Assembly: GCA_902564785.1 (NCBI GenBank)
Contig: CACFCI010000002.1
Location: forward strand, 12,121-76,120
Reading direction: 5' to 3'
DNA length: 64,000 nt
Source of the DNA: an uncultured Pelagibacteraceae bacterium
GTDB taxonomy: Bacteria > Pseudomonadota > Alphaproteobacteria > Pelagibacterales > Pelagibacteraceae
Below, one piece after another: positions 18,035 through 28,429 of this stretch. The position numbers and the translations under genes were made by a program. Every line of letters starts with the position of its first letter. The first letter of the stretch is position 1. The notes beneath the pieces are model-generated. The model was given only the letters and a program-made list of their open reading frames with translations. It ran no database searches and was not told the origin of the DNA.

Positions 18035-19203
18035 TGTCATTTAGTAAAGAAGAATACAAACAAAGATTAAAAAAAGTTCAAAAAATGATGCAGGAAAAAG
18101 GCATCGAACTTTTAATTTCACATGATACTAATAATATGAATTATTTAACAGGTTATGATGCATGGTCCTTTTATTATGCTCAATGTGCTGTTGTTCATAT
18201 AGATGCAGATGAACCTTTATGTTTTGTAAGAGCACAGGATGCTGGTGGTGCGTATATTACAACTTACTTAAAAAACGAAAGTGTTATTGTTTACGATGAA
18301 AATTACATTCATAAATGGCCGAAACATCCTTATGATTATTTAGTTGAAATAATTAAAGAGAGAAAGTGGGACAGACTAAATATTGGTGTTGAAATGGATG
18401 CCCATTATTTTACTGCATTCTGTTATGAAAAAATTAAACAGGGATTACCAAACGCACAAATAAAGGATAGTGATCGTTTAGTTAATTGGGCAAGGTTGGT
18501 TAAATCTAATGCTGAAATTGATTTTATGAAATCTGCTGCAAAAATATCAGAAAAAGGAATGAAAACTGCAACAGAAGTAATTAAACCAGGTGTTAGACAG
18601 TGTGATGCTGTAGGTGAAATTCAAAAAACATTATTTTATGGTACAGAGGAATTTGGTGGTGAGTATTCTAGTATTGCAACTTTACTTCCTACAGGAAAAG
18701 GAACTTCTGCTTCACATTTAACAGCAACTCAGGACAAATTTGTAGAAGGAGAGGCTACAATTATTGAATTATCTGGAGTTTATAAGAGATATCATGCTCC
18801 AATGGCTAGAACAGTTCTGCTAGGAAAACCTAATCAATTGAAGATTGATACAATGAATAAAACTATCGAAGCACTGAATGCTGGAATTAGTGCAATCAAA
18901 CCTGGAAATACAGCAGATGATGTTGCCCAAGCTTTTTGGAAAATTCTAGATAAGTATGGAATAGAAAAAAAATCTCGAACAGGTTATTCAATAGGAATTG
19001 GTTATCCTCCGGATTGGGGGGAACATACTCTTAATATTTATAAGGGAGATATGACAGTTTTAGAACCTAATGTTTGCTTTCATATGATAGCAGTGATGCA
19101 GTTCGGTGATTGGGGTGTTGAAGCTTCAGAAGCAATTAGAGTTACAGAGAATGGATCTGAGTTGTTCTGTAATTTTCCAAAAGAGCTTCATATTAAGAGT
19201 TAA
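18034..19203 (+). CDS. eutD: Ectoine hydrolase-like M24 (pita-bread fold) enzyme
   Basis: NMNYLTGYDAWSFY, LVNWARLVKS, SASHLT, RTGYSIGIGYPPDWGEHT are typical of EutD/DoeA. The ATG at 18034 is preferred over the TTG at 18031. Confidence 0.8.
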   Translation: MSFSKEEYKQRLKKVQKMMQEKGIELLISHDTNNMNYLTGYDAWSFYYAQCAVVHIDADEPLCFVRAQDAGGAYITTYLKNESVIVYDENYIHKWPKHPYDYLVEIIKERKWDRLNIGVEMDAHYFTAFCYEKIKQGLPNAQIKDSDRLVNWARLVKSNAEIDFMKSAAKISEKGMKTATEVIKPGVRQCDAVGEIQKTLFYGTEEFGGEYSSIATLLPTGKGTSASHLTATQDKFVEGEATIIELSGVYKRYHAPMARTVLLGKPNQLKIDTMNKTIEALNAGISAIKPGNTADDVAQAFWKILDKYGIEKKSRTGYSIGIGYPPDWGEHTLNIYKGDMTVLEPNVCFHMIAVMQFGDWGVEASEAIRVTENGSELFCNFPKELHIKS

Positions 19204-19248
19204 TTAGCTATTGAAATCTATTTACACAAATGTTTTATATTCACCTTT

Positions 19249-20334
19249 ATGTCTAAAAATCCAGAATTTGTAAAATTCGATAAAGTAGATAAAAGTTATG
19301 ATGGCAAAGTTCTTGTTGTTAAAGATCTTCAATTAGATATTGCCGAAGGTGAATTTATAACCATGCTTGGTCCATCTGGTTCAGGTAAAACGACATGTCT
19401 AATGATGTTAGCTGGATTTGAAACTCCAACTCATGGTGAAATATTATTAGACGGAAATATAATTTCTAATATTCCACCTCACAAAAGAGGAATTGGAATG
19501 GTGTTTCAAAACTATGCGTTATTTCCTCATATGACAGTTTATGAAAACTTAGCTTTCCCGTTAAGAGTAAGAAAAGTTGAAAAAGATGAAATAGATAAAA
19601 AAGTTGATAAAGCATTATCTATGGTTTCTTTAAATGGTTTTGAAACCAGAATGCCAGCTCAACTTTCAGGTGGTCAACAACAAAGGGTTGCTGTTGCAAG
19701 AGCTTTAGTTTTTGATCCTGCAGTGGTTTTAATGGACGAACCTCTGGGAGCGTTAGACAAAAATTTGAGAGAAAGTATGCAATACGAGATTAAACATATT
19801 CACGAAAGTATAGGTGTAACAGTCGTATATGTAACTCACGATCAAAGTGAGGCATTAACAATGTCAAATAGAATTGCAGTATTTAATGATGGGAAAGTTC
19901 AACAACTTTCTGATCCAGCAGAACTTTATGAAAAGCCAGTTAATTCTTTCGTAGCGGAGTTTATTGGTGAAAATAATACCTTTAATGGTGAAGTGGTTGA
20001 TATCGCAAAAGATAAATGTAAAGTGAAATTAGCAAACTCGGAAATATTAGCTAACCCAATTTCTGTTAAGTCTAAAGGTGAGAAAACTACTGTTTCTCTA
20101 AGACCTGAAAGGGCGTTAATTAATCCAACTGACAAGATGGATAATATGTTTACTGGAAAGATTGAAGAAGTAATCTATCACGGAGATCATACAAGAGTTA
20201 GACTAAATCTTTTAGGTAGCTCTGAGTTTATTCTTAAAGTCCCTAACAGTACGTCCAATTTAGAATTAAAAGTTAGTCAAGATATTAACATTGGATGGGA
20301 CAGCACTGATGCTAGAGCATTAGACCCAAAATAA
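19249..20334 (+). CDS. potA: PotA-family ABC transporter ATPase
   Basis: GPSGSGKT, FQNYALFPH, LSGGQQQR, MDEPLGALD, C-terminal TOBE-like region. Confidence 0.88.
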   Translation: MSKNPEFVKFDKVDKSYDGKVLVVKDLQLDIAEGEFITMLGPSGSGKTTCLMMLAGFETPTHGEILLDGNIISNIPPHKRGIGMVFQNYALFPHMTVYENLAFPLRVRKVEKDEIDKKVDKALSMVSLNGFETRMPAQLSGGQQQRVAVARALVFDPAVVLMDEPLGALDKNLRESMQYEIKHIHESIGVTVVYVTHDQSEALTMSNRIAVFNDGKVQQLSDPAELYEKPVNSFVAEFIGENNTFNGEVVDIAKDKCKVKLANSEILANPISVKSKGEKTTVSLRPERALINPTDKMDNMFTGKIEEVIYHGDHTRVRLNLLGSSEFILKVPNSTSNLELKVSQDINIGWDSTDARALDPK

Positions 20335-20387
20335 TTACATTATAAAATAGATATATCTAATATACATTTTAATGACAAAATCAGCTG

Positions 20388-20416
20388 TTGACTTCACTTT
20401 AGCTATTTGTTGTACT
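20388..20416 (+). promoter_or_regulatory. Putative sigma70 promoter for the PotD-like gene
   Basis: TTGACT-N17-TGTACT in the intergenic region; SD ggagga at about 20454-20459. Confidence 0.5.
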
Positions 20417-20462
20417 TTTAGTTATATAAATTAATTTATATCAACGTTTAAACGGAGGAATA

Positions 20463-21581
20463 ATGAGAAAAATAAGCAAATTATTACTAGCTCTTTCTTT
20501 TGTTGTATCTCTAACTTCTTCAGCCTTTGCTGTTACAGTAGCATCATGGGGTGGAGCTTATACAGAGTCTCAAAAGCTTGGGTATGGTGATCCTACTGCT
20601 AAAGCACTTGGAATAGAAATCAACTGGGTTGACTATTCTGGTGGTTTATCAGAAATCAAAGCACAAAAAGAAGCGGGTGCTATAACATGGGATATCATAG
20701 ACTTATTTGCATTCGATACTATTAACGGATGTGATGAAGGTTTATTTGTTAAATTTGATTTTGACAAAGACTTCCCAGCTGCACCAGATGGAACTCCTGC
20801 GAGTGAAGACTTTTTTACAGGAATGCCAAGTGAATGTGCTGTAGGTAACATTTTATATTCGTGGAATTATGCTTTTGATACAAGAGTATTTAGTGGAGAA
20901 GAGCCAAAAACAATTAAGGACTTTTTTAACACTAAAAAATTTCCAGGTAAAAGAGCGATCTACAAAAGCGCTTTAACTAATTTAGAAATTGCTTTAGCTG
21001 CTGACGGTGTAAAAATGGGTAAAGGTGGAGCTTTAATCTACAGAAAACTTGAAGCTGACGGTGGTCTTGATAGAGCAATGAATAAAATTAAAAAACTTTG
21101 TACAGATCCAAATGGTGGATGTGTATTCTGGTCTGCTGGTGCTCAACCACCTGAACTATTAGTTGCAGGTGAAGTTGTAATGGCAACAGGTTGGAATGGA
21201 AGATTCTTTAATGCTGAAATAGGTGAAGGTGCTCCAATTAAACAAGTATGGGATGGACAAGGTCTTGACTATGAATATTTTGCACTTGTTAAAGGTGGAC
21301 CAGATGAAGCAAATGCTAAAAAAGCTTTAGCTATGATGACTAACACTGAAATGTTAGCTGGTAGTGCTAAGTACATTGCATATGCTCCATGGAGAAAATC
21401 TTCTCTTGATGTAATCAAAGCTGGTGAGCCATGGTACAAAGATGGTAAAACAGAGATGATGCCTCAAATGCCAACAGCTCCTGCAAATACTAAGAACTAT
21501 TTCTTAGTTGATCCTTTCTACTGGGCAGATAACGGAACAGAGATCGGTGAAAAGTGGGAAGCAATGAAAGCAGGCCTATAA
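20463..21581 (+). CDS. potD: PotD/PotF-family extracellular solute-binding protein (substrate possibly osmolytes rather than polyamines)
   Basis: Signal peptide ending AFA; SWGGAY, WDIID, DFFNTKKFPGKR, GWNGR. Confidence 0.8.
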   Translation: MRKISKLLLALSFVVSLTSSAFAVTVASWGGAYTESQKLGYGDPTAKALGIEINWVDYSGGLSEIKAQKEAGAITWDIIDLFAFDTINGCDEGLFVKFDFDKDFPAAPDGTPASEDFFTGMPSECAVGNILYSWNYAFDTRVFSGEEPKTIKDFFNTKKFPGKRAIYKSALTNLEIALAADGVKMGKGGALIYRKLEADGGLDRAMNKIKKLCTDPNGGCVFWSAGAQPPELLVAGEVVMATGWNGRFFNAEIGEGAPIKQVWDGQGLDYEYFALVKGGPDEANAKKALAMMTNTEMLAGSAKYIAYAPWRKSSLDVIKAGEPWYKDGKTEMMPQMPTAPANTKNYFLVDPFYWADNGTEIGEKWEAMKAGL

Positions 21582-21616
21582 TTTCAGTTTTAAACACTGA
21601 ATTTATATAATATATT

Positions 21617-21649
21617 TAGGGCGGTTAGTTATAACCGCCCTATTTTTTT
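21617..21649 (+). terminator. Rho-independent terminator-like hairpin after the PotD-like gene
   Basis: tagggcggtta-gtta-taaccgcccta followed by a T run, immediately before the permease ATG. Confidence 0.8.
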
Positions 21650-22912
21650 ATGAGCTCTGAAACAAAACAAATATTAACAACTGACGGGATTCCTTTAGAG
21701 GTCAGTTTAAAAAAAGCTGAGAAGAAAAATAAAATTAAGGCCTTTCTTCTTGTGGCACCATTACTTTTATTTTTAATAATCACATATGTTTTTCCAATAG
21801 GAGAGATGTTTAGCAGAAGCATAGATGATAAAATGATAACTAATATGCTTCCAAAAACTTTTAAAGAGATGGAAAAATGGGATGGACAAGAGTTGCCACC
21901 TGAAGAGGTTTTTACAGCTTTTTATTATGATTTTAAAGTACTTGTTGAGAAGCAAGAGCATGGAAAACTTGGTCAAAGATTAAATAAAGAAAAGAATGGT
22001 TTTAATTCCATTACTAAAAAACTTTTCAGACAAGTTAAAAGAAATAAAATTGATGAAAGCATAAGTATTAAAGAACAAATAATGAAAGTACATAAGCGTT
22101 GGCGAGATGTGGAATATTGGCAAGCTATAAAAAGAACCGCTCCACCATACACAATGGCAAAGTACCTAAAAGGCATGGATATGTATTACGCAGCAGATGG
22201 AAGCATTACCCAGGTAGAGGAAGATAGGAGAATTCATAGAATTCTTTGGCTTAGAACATTAGAAATTGCATTTTTTGTAACATTATTTTGCTTCTTAATG
22301 GGTTATCCCATTGCTCATTTGCTAGCAACATTACCAATGAAATATTCAAATCTTTTAATGATATGTGTCCTTCTGCCTTTCTGGACATCATTATTAGTTA
22401 GAACTGCTAGTTGGATGATTTTGCTTCAACAACAGGGAGTCGTAAATGATTTTTTTGTTATGATTGGGCTTGTTGCAGACGATAATAGGCCCGAAATGAT
22501 GTATAATAAAGTGGGCACTTATGTTGCGATGACTCAAATTTTATTACCTTTCATGGTCCTTCCACTTTACAGCGTTATGAAAACAATATCTCCTAGTTTG
22601 ATGAGAGCTGGAAAATCATTGGGAGGAACCCCTTTCGTCGCCTTTTGGAAAGTTTATTTTCCTTTAACAATTCCTGGAATTGGAGCAGGGTGTTTGTTGG
22701 TATTTATTTTAGCAATTGGTTATTACATTACCCCAGCTTTAGTTGGTGGTGCATCAGGAACTTTAATTAGTAATCAAATTGCATTCCATATGAAACAAAC
22801 TCTAGATTGGAGTTTTGCATCTGCAATGGGATTGATGTTACTTAGTGGGGTTTTAGTTATTTACTGGATTTACAATAAATTGGTTGGAGTTGATAATATT
22901 AAATTAGGTTAA
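21650..22912 (+). CDS. potB: PotB-family ABC permease with large soluble insertion
   Basis: VLLPFWTSLLVRT, LPFMVLPLY, RAGKSLGG, GYYITPALVGG. Confidence 0.85.
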   Translation: MSSETKQILTTDGIPLEVSLKKAEKKNKIKAFLLVAPLLLFLIITYVFPIGEMFSRSIDDKMITNMLPKTFKEMEKWDGQELPPEEVFTAFYYDFKVLVEKQEHGKLGQRLNKEKNGFNSITKKLFRQVKRNKIDESISIKEQIMKVHKRWRDVEYWQAIKRTAPPYTMAKYLKGMDMYYAADGSITQVEEDRRIHRILWLRTLEIAFFVTLFCFLMGYPIAHLLATLPMKYSNLLMICVLLPFWTSLLVRTASWMILLQQQGVVNDFFVMIGLVADDNRPEMMYNKVGTYVAMTQILLPFMVLPLYSVMKTISPSLMRAGKSLGGTPFVAFWKVYFPLTIPGIGAGCLLVFILAIGYYITPALVGGASGTLISNQIAFHMKQTLDWSFASAMGLMLLSGVLVIYWIYNKLVGVDNIKLG

Positions 22913-22914
22913 TT

Positions 22915-23769
22915 ATGGCATTACCAAGTTATACAGAAACAAGATACAGAATTTGGCATTATATTTATATCGCAATTTGTACTTTTGTATTTTTCTTTTT
23001 GATAGCACCTTTGTTTGTAATTTTTCCACTTTCATTTAACGCAGAGGAGTTTTTAGTTTTTTCAGAGGGAATGAAAAATCTAGACCCTGATGCATTTTCT
23101 TTAAGGTGGTACAAAGATATGATTTATGGAACCAAAAATCCTTGGGGACTAGCTGCAAAGAATAGTTTTATAATTGCTATATTTGCAACCATTGGCTCAA
23201 TAATTTTAGGAACTTTAGCTGCTTTAGGATTAAGTAGCAGGCATATGCCATACAAAGGTATTATAATGGCTACTTTAATTTCTCCAATGATAGTTCCTTT
23301 AATTATTTCTGGAGTTGCAATTTTCTTTTTTATGGCAAAAGTTGGTCTCGCTGCAACACATGCAGGAATAGTTTTAGCACACATAATACTAGGAACACCA
23401 TTTGTTGTAATAACTGTTACCGCAACACTCTCTGGTTTTGACCATAGTGTTACAAGAGCGGCAGCTAGTTTAGGAAGCAATCCTGTTAATACTTTTATGA
23501 AGGTGACATTACCTCTAATATTGCCTGGAGTTATATCTGGAGGTTTGTTTGCATTTGTTACATCTTTTGATGAAGTTGTTGTGGTATTGTTTTTAGCAGG
23601 TTTAGAAAATACAACTATTCCAATACAAATGTGGACTGGTTTGAGAGAACAATTGAGTCCAACAATTCTTGCAGTAGCTACGTGTTTAATCATTTTATCT
23701 ACTTTAATATTAATTAGTGCTGAATTATTAAGAAGAAGATCTGAAAGATTAAGAGGAATAAATAGATAA
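22915..23769 (+). CDS. potC: PotC-family ABC permease
   Basis: FSLRWY, SPMIVP, RAAASLGS, FVTSFDEVVV. Confidence 0.87.
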   Translation: MALPSYTETRYRIWHYIYIAICTFVFFFLIAPLFVIFPLSFNAEEFLVFSEGMKNLDPDAFSLRWYKDMIYGTKNPWGLAAKNSFIIAIFATIGSIILGTLAALGLSSRHMPYKGIIMATLISPMIVPLIISGVAIFFFMAKVGLAATHAGIVLAHIILGTPFVVITVTATLSGFDHSVTRAAASLGSNPVNTFMKVTLPLILPGVISGGLFAFVTSFDEVVVVLFLAGLENTTIPIQMWTGLREQLSPTILAVATCLIILSTLILISAELLRRRSERLRGINR

Positions 23770-23805
23770 TTTACCCAAATAATTTATTCGTATATAGAGT
23801 TTTTC

Positions 23806-26028
23806 ATGGAAATTAAAAAAGTTGTAGTTATTGGTTCTGGTACAATGGGAAGTGGGATAGCAGCCCATTTATGCAACGCAGGTGTACCAGTAACTCTTTT
23901 AGATTTGACAACTGAAATTAGTGAAAAGGCTAGAGAGAGAATTTATAAATCTAGACCCCCTTTGCTAATAGATAAAAGTAAAATTAACAATATTAACGTT
24001 GGAAATATTGATGAAAATTTTGATGTAGTAAAAGATGCAGATTGGGTGGTAGAGGCAGTAGTAGAAAGAATTGATATTAAACACAATATTTACGAGAAGA
24101 TATTTAAGAACAGAAAAAAAGGTGCAATAGTTTCGTCAAACACATCATCAATTCCAATTAAAGTTTTATCAGAAAAACTTAATGATGAAGAAAAAAAAGA
24201 CTTTTGTATCACTCACTTTTTTAATCCAGTCAGATACATGGGATTATTAGAAATTGTTAAAAATGAAAATAACGACTTAAATAAAATAAATTCTTTAAAG
24301 AAATTTTGTGAAATAGAGCTTGGTAAAGGAGCTATAATTTGTAATGATACCCCGGGTTTCTTAGGTAATAGAATTGGTGTTTATGCTATGCAAGTTGCTA
24401 TGACGGAAGCATTCAAAATGAAACTTTCAATAGAAGAAGCAGATGCAGTTTTTGGTAGACCGATGGGCATACCCAAAACAGGAGTGTTTGGATTATATGA
24501 TTTAATTGGAATTGATTTGATGGCAGATGTATTAAAAAGCTTTATAAAGGAACTTTCAGATAAAGACGAGTTTCAAATTGTTGCAAAAGAAATTCCATTA
24601 GTAAAAAAATTAATTGATACAGGCTACACAGGCCGTAAAGGAAAAGGTGGCTTTTATAGAATTAATAAAAGTGGAGATCAAAAAATTTTAGAAGCAATTA
24701 ATTTAGAGACAGGAGAGTATTCGGCTACAAAAAAAATAGATTTAGGAATCGAGACTGTTGATATCAATAATTTAATTAATCGAAAAGATAAGTTTGGTGA
24801 GTATGCTTGGATTGTAATTTCAAAAATAATTAAATATGCGTCTTCACTTGTTCCAGGAATTACTGATAAATTCAATGATATTGATGAAGCTATGAGACTT
24901 GGTTTTAATTGGTCAATGGGGCCTTTTGAAATGTTGAAATCGATAGGCGTTAAGAATTTTTTTGAAAGAATTCATAACTTTAAAAGTAATAAATTTTTAG
25001 AAAATTTATCAAAAACAAAAGATGAAAACTTCTATGGAGAAAGACAGCTTTATACAGATATTCAGACTTTAGGAAAAGTAAGACCATCAGCAATTAAATT
25101 GGATAAAAATAATTCTGCTGAGATTCATCGATTTAAAGATTTTAATATTGTTGAGTTTACAACAAAGGCTTGTGCATTAGATTATGACTCAATGGATGCA
25201 CTGAAAAATGCAACTGACAAACCATTAATTGTAATTAATGAAAGCATGCAATTTTCAGCAGGTGTTAATTTAAGTTATACTATGAATTTTGCAGACAAAG
25301 GAGATTTTAAATCAATTGAAAAATTCATTAAATATTTTCAGGATACTTGTAAAGCTTTAAAATACTCTAAGTACCCAGTTGTATCAGCTCCTTCTGGACT
25401 TACTCTTGGAGGAGGGTTTGAGGTTTTAGTTCAAAGCAATTTTGTTGCCTCACATACAAATTTAGTTATAGGATTAGTTGAAACTATTGTTGGATTAGTT
25501 CCAGCGGGTGGTGGATGTAAAGAAATGTTGTGGAGATGGTCACAAACCGAAGAAGCAAAATCAGATCCAGATTATGCACCACTAAAAGTTTTTGATATTA
25601 TTGGTTATGCTAAAACAGCTACATCACCAATCGAGGCTGAGCCATTAAAGTATTTAAGACCAGAAGATAGAAAAATAATGAACAGAAATAGTCTTTTTGA
25701 GGAAGCAAAAAATTTAATTGATCAAAACACTGATTTTGTTACTCCTGAAGAGTGTAAATTTAAGCTTTCTGGAAAGCCATTGAAAGATAAAATGATTAAG
25801 GTTTTAGAGAAATTATATAATGAGAAGGTAATTTTAGATCATGGCATGCATGTGGGTACCGAGCTTGCAAACGTTTTAAGCGGTGGAGACACTACTATTG
25901 AAAAAGTGTTATCAGAAGATGATTTGTATAGATTAGAACTAGACTCTTTTATGAGATTGATAGAGACAAAACAAACTCAAGATAGAATTAAACACACGTT
26001 GTTAACTGGCAAACCTTTAGTTAATTAG
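23806..26028 (+). CDS. 3-hydroxyacyl-CoA dehydrogenase / enoyl-CoA hydratase fusion (FadN-like)
   Basis: GSGTMGSG, EAVVE, SSNTSS, HFFNP; C-terminal crotonase domain with FSAGVNL and LGGGFE. Confidence 0.88.
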   Translation: MEIKKVVVIGSGTMGSGIAAHLCNAGVPVTLLDLTTEISEKARERIYKSRPPLLIDKSKINNINVGNIDENFDVVKDADWVVEAVVERIDIKHNIYEKIFKNRKKGAIVSSNTSSIPIKVLSEKLNDEEKKDFCITHFFNPVRYMGLLEIVKNENNDLNKINSLKKFCEIELGKGAIICNDTPGFLGNRIGVYAMQVAMTEAFKMKLSIEEADAVFGRPMGIPKTGVFGLYDLIGIDLMADVLKSFIKELSDKDEFQIVAKEIPLVKKLIDTGYTGRKGKGGFYRINKSGDQKILEAINLETGEYSATKKIDLGIETVDINNLINRKDKFGEYAWIVISKIIKYASSLVPGITDKFNDIDEAMRLGFNWSMGPFEMLKSIGVKNFFERIHNFKSNKFLENLSKTKDENFYGERQLYTDIQTLGKVRPSAIKLDKNNSAEIHRFKDFNIVEFTTKACALDYDSMDALKNATDKPLIVINESMQFSAGVNLSYTMNFADKGDFKSIEKFIKYFQDTCKALKYSKYPVVSAPSGLTLGGGFEVLVQSNFVASHTNLVIGLVETIVGLVPAGGGCKEMLWRWSQTEEAKSDPDYAPLKVFDIIGYAKTATSPIEAEPLKYLRPEDRKIMNRNSLFEEAKNLIDQNTDFVTPEECKFKLSGKPLKDKMIKVLEKLYNEKVILDHGMHVGTELANVLSGGDTTIEKVLSEDDLYRLELDSFMRLIETKQTQDRIKHTLLTGKPLVN

Positions 26029-26671
26029 AATTCAATAATCTAAATGTTTTAATATAATCAGGCCTTAAAACATAAATTGCATTATTACCTGTTTTAATTT
26101 TAGTTAAAATATCTAAACCGTAAACTACTTTACCAATTGGAGTATACTCGCCTTGATAAATTGGGATTTCTTTCAATGTAATAAAGAATTCACTATCTTC
26201 TGTATCAAATTCGGTTGTTCTAGCAAAACCTACACTTCCCTCAGTAAATTTAAAATCATTGCTAAGCTCAGATTTTAATAATCCTAATCCAGACTTTCCG
26301 CTACCGATTTTGGAATAATCTAAATTATTTATATTTCCATATTCAATATCTCCAGCTTGTACAAAAGTATTTTCTGAAACTTTATAAAAGGCAGAACCAT
26401 CATACATTTTTTGTTCAATTAAAATTTTAAATCTTTCTACTGCTTTTGGAGAAATATCTGGATAAACTTCAATTATTACATTTCCACACTCAACATTCAT
26501 TATTACAATATTATTAGGTTCATTAAAATTAAGTTTACTTAAATTATTTTTTTCAACAAATAGGCATTTATTTTTTAATAAAAAAAAAGATGTAAAAACA
26601 AAAATTGAAATACTAATTAAAAATATAAATAAAATTTTTTCTGATTTTGAGGCTTTAATAATTTTGATCAC
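26021..26671 (-). CDS. Membrane-anchored cyclophilin-type peptidyl-prolyl isomerase
   Basis: N-terminal TM; SPKAVERF, YDGSAFYKV, VQAGD, GSVGFAR, SEFFI, YTPIGKV. Confidence 0.82.
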   Translation of the reverse strand: MIKIIKASKSEKILFIFLISISIFVFTSFFLLKNKCLFVEKNNLSKLNFNEPNNIVIMNVECGNVIIEVYPDISPKAVERFKILIEQKMYDGSAFYKVSENTFVQAGDIEYGNINNLDYSKIGSGKSGLGLLKSELSNDFKFTEGSVGFARTTEFDTEDSEFFITLKEIPIYQGEYTPIGKVVYGLDILTKIKTGNNAIYVLRPDYIKTFRLLNSN

Positions 26672-27396
26672 AAAATATTTTTATCTATTTTAGCTAAATT
26701 TAATTTTATAAAATTCACTTTGTTATTCAGGATTTTGTCACTACTAATTTTATCATTGATTGTTCCTTTATCAGTCATTAAAAATGAAAAAATTTCTGCC
26801 ATATCTTCAGATGGGATAGATTTAGAATATTCTGTCAAAAAACCATCAGTTTTTTCATATAGTTCTAAATTCAATCTATCTGAACAAGTTGAACATTCAG
26901 TATAATTGAATGATGTTTGATTAAAAGAGGAAAATTTATTTTCATCGAAATATTCAATGTGAGTATTTTGAATCATGTGAAAAATTTCATGATGTATCAT
27001 TCTCTCAAAATATTTTTGATTAAAATTAATATCTAAAATTAAGGTTCTATTTTTATTATCAGGTATCCCTCCGGTATTGATTTCAGATATGAATAAATTT
27101 TCACAAAATACAATATATTTTAATTTTATTTTATTAAGAAAATTAGCATTATATTGATTAAGATTTTTTTCAATTACAGGAAATTTTGTATTTAAATTGT
27201 TTATATCAACTTTATCACAAGTAATGTTCTTGTTTACACCAATTTTAAAATTACCTTTAGCACTCAAATATCGAATATTATTATTGTTTTTTAATTTATA
27301 AATTTCTAAATTTGGAATTTTTATCAGATTGAAAATTTCATCAGCATTTACATGCGAAATATTAAATAAAAGAACAAATAAAATTAAAATTTTCAT
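26668..27396 (-). CDS. Exported putative zinc metallopeptidase
   Basis: Signal peptide; HExxH in HHEIFH; downstream SEDMAE third-ligand motif. Confidence 0.6.
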   Translation of the reverse strand: MKILILFVLLFNISHVNADEIFNLIKIPNLEIYKLKNNNNIRYLSAKGNFKIGVNKNITCDKVDINNLNTKFPVIEKNLNQYNANFLNKIKLKYIVFCENLFISEINTGGIPDNKNRTLILDINFNQKYFERMIHHEIFHMIQNTHIEYFDENKFSSFNQTSFNYTECSTCSDRLNLELYEKTDGFLTEYSKSIPSEDMAEIFSFLMTDKGTINDKISSDKILNNKVNFIKLNLAKIDKNIL

Positions 27397-27449
27397 TAAA
27401 TTATTATAGACGAATTAGATTAGATAATATTATCTTAGATTATAAAAAA

Positions 27450-28409
27450 ATGAAAAAAGAAAGAAATAAAAACCCAATTCAACCAGTAAGTGGAACTAAA
27501 GTTCCTAGATTTGCTGGTCCAAGTACTTTTGCAAGACTTCCCGAGCTAAGAGATGTAGAAAGTTGTGATGTTGCAATTGTTGGAATCCCCTTTGATGCCG
27601 GCACAAGTTACAGGCCTGGAGCACGATTTGGTCCGCAAAGTATAAGACAAGCTTCTAGACATTTAAGAACTAACTATCATCCTAATTATGATGTTGAACC
27701 TTTTAAAATTCAGCAAGTTGCAGATGCTGGTGATATTGCTTGTAATCCATTTAGCATTGATGAAGCAATTAAACAAATAGAGATGGGTGCGACTGATTTA
27801 TTAAATAAGGTTGGAGGAATTATAAGTTTGGGGGGAGATCATACTATTGCAGTTCCTCTATTGAGAGCAATCAATAAAAAAAATAAAGGACCAGTATCAT
27901 TGGTTCATTTTGATGCCCATCTAGATACCTGGGATACATATTTTGGAGCACCTTATACACACGGAACTCCATTTAGAAGAGCTAGAGAAGAAGGATTGTT
28001 TTTAGATGATGCTTCTATGCATGTTGGAATTCGAGGACCACTCTACAGCAGAGATGACATTAAAAACGATGAAAGTTTTGGTTTTAAAATAATCCATTGT
28101 GATGATTTTCAATCAGAGGGAACAGACAAAATATCCGAAAGAATCAGAAAAAGAGTAGGAGACAATCCTTTATATCTATCAATTGATATTGATGTCTTAG
28201 ATCCGGCATTTGCTCCAGGCACCGGGACACCAGAAATTGCAGGTATGACTACAAGAGAAATGGTAAATGTTTTAAGAGGCTTATCAGGATTAAATTTAGT
28301 TTCAGCTGATGTAGTTGAAGTATCCCCAGCATATGATCATGCAGAAGTAACTTCTTTAGCAGCAGCAACTATTGTTTATGAATTAACTAATTTATTTGCA
28401 AAAACATAA
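27450..28409 (+). CDS. speB: Agmatinase / guanidinobutyrase-type ureohydrolase
   Basis: Canonical PFDAGTSYRPGARFGP, GGDHT, DAHLD, HGTPF, DIDVLDP, PGTGTPE, DVVEVSP. Confidence 0.87.
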   Translation: MKKERNKNPIQPVSGTKVPRFAGPSTFARLPELRDVESCDVAIVGIPFDAGTSYRPGARFGPQSIRQASRHLRTNYHPNYDVEPFKIQQVADAGDIACNPFSIDEAIKQIEMGATDLLNKVGGIISLGGDHTIAVPLLRAINKKNKGPVSLVHFDAHLDTWDTYFGAPYTHGTPFRRAREEGLFLDDASMHVGIRGPLYSRDDIKNDESFGFKIIHCDDFQSEGTDKISERIRKRVGDNPLYLSIDIDVLDPAFAPGTGTPEIAGMTTREMVNVLRGLSGLNLVSADVVEVSPAYDHAEVTSLAAATIVYELTNLFAKT

Positions 28410-28429
28410 AGAAAGGATAACGTGATATC

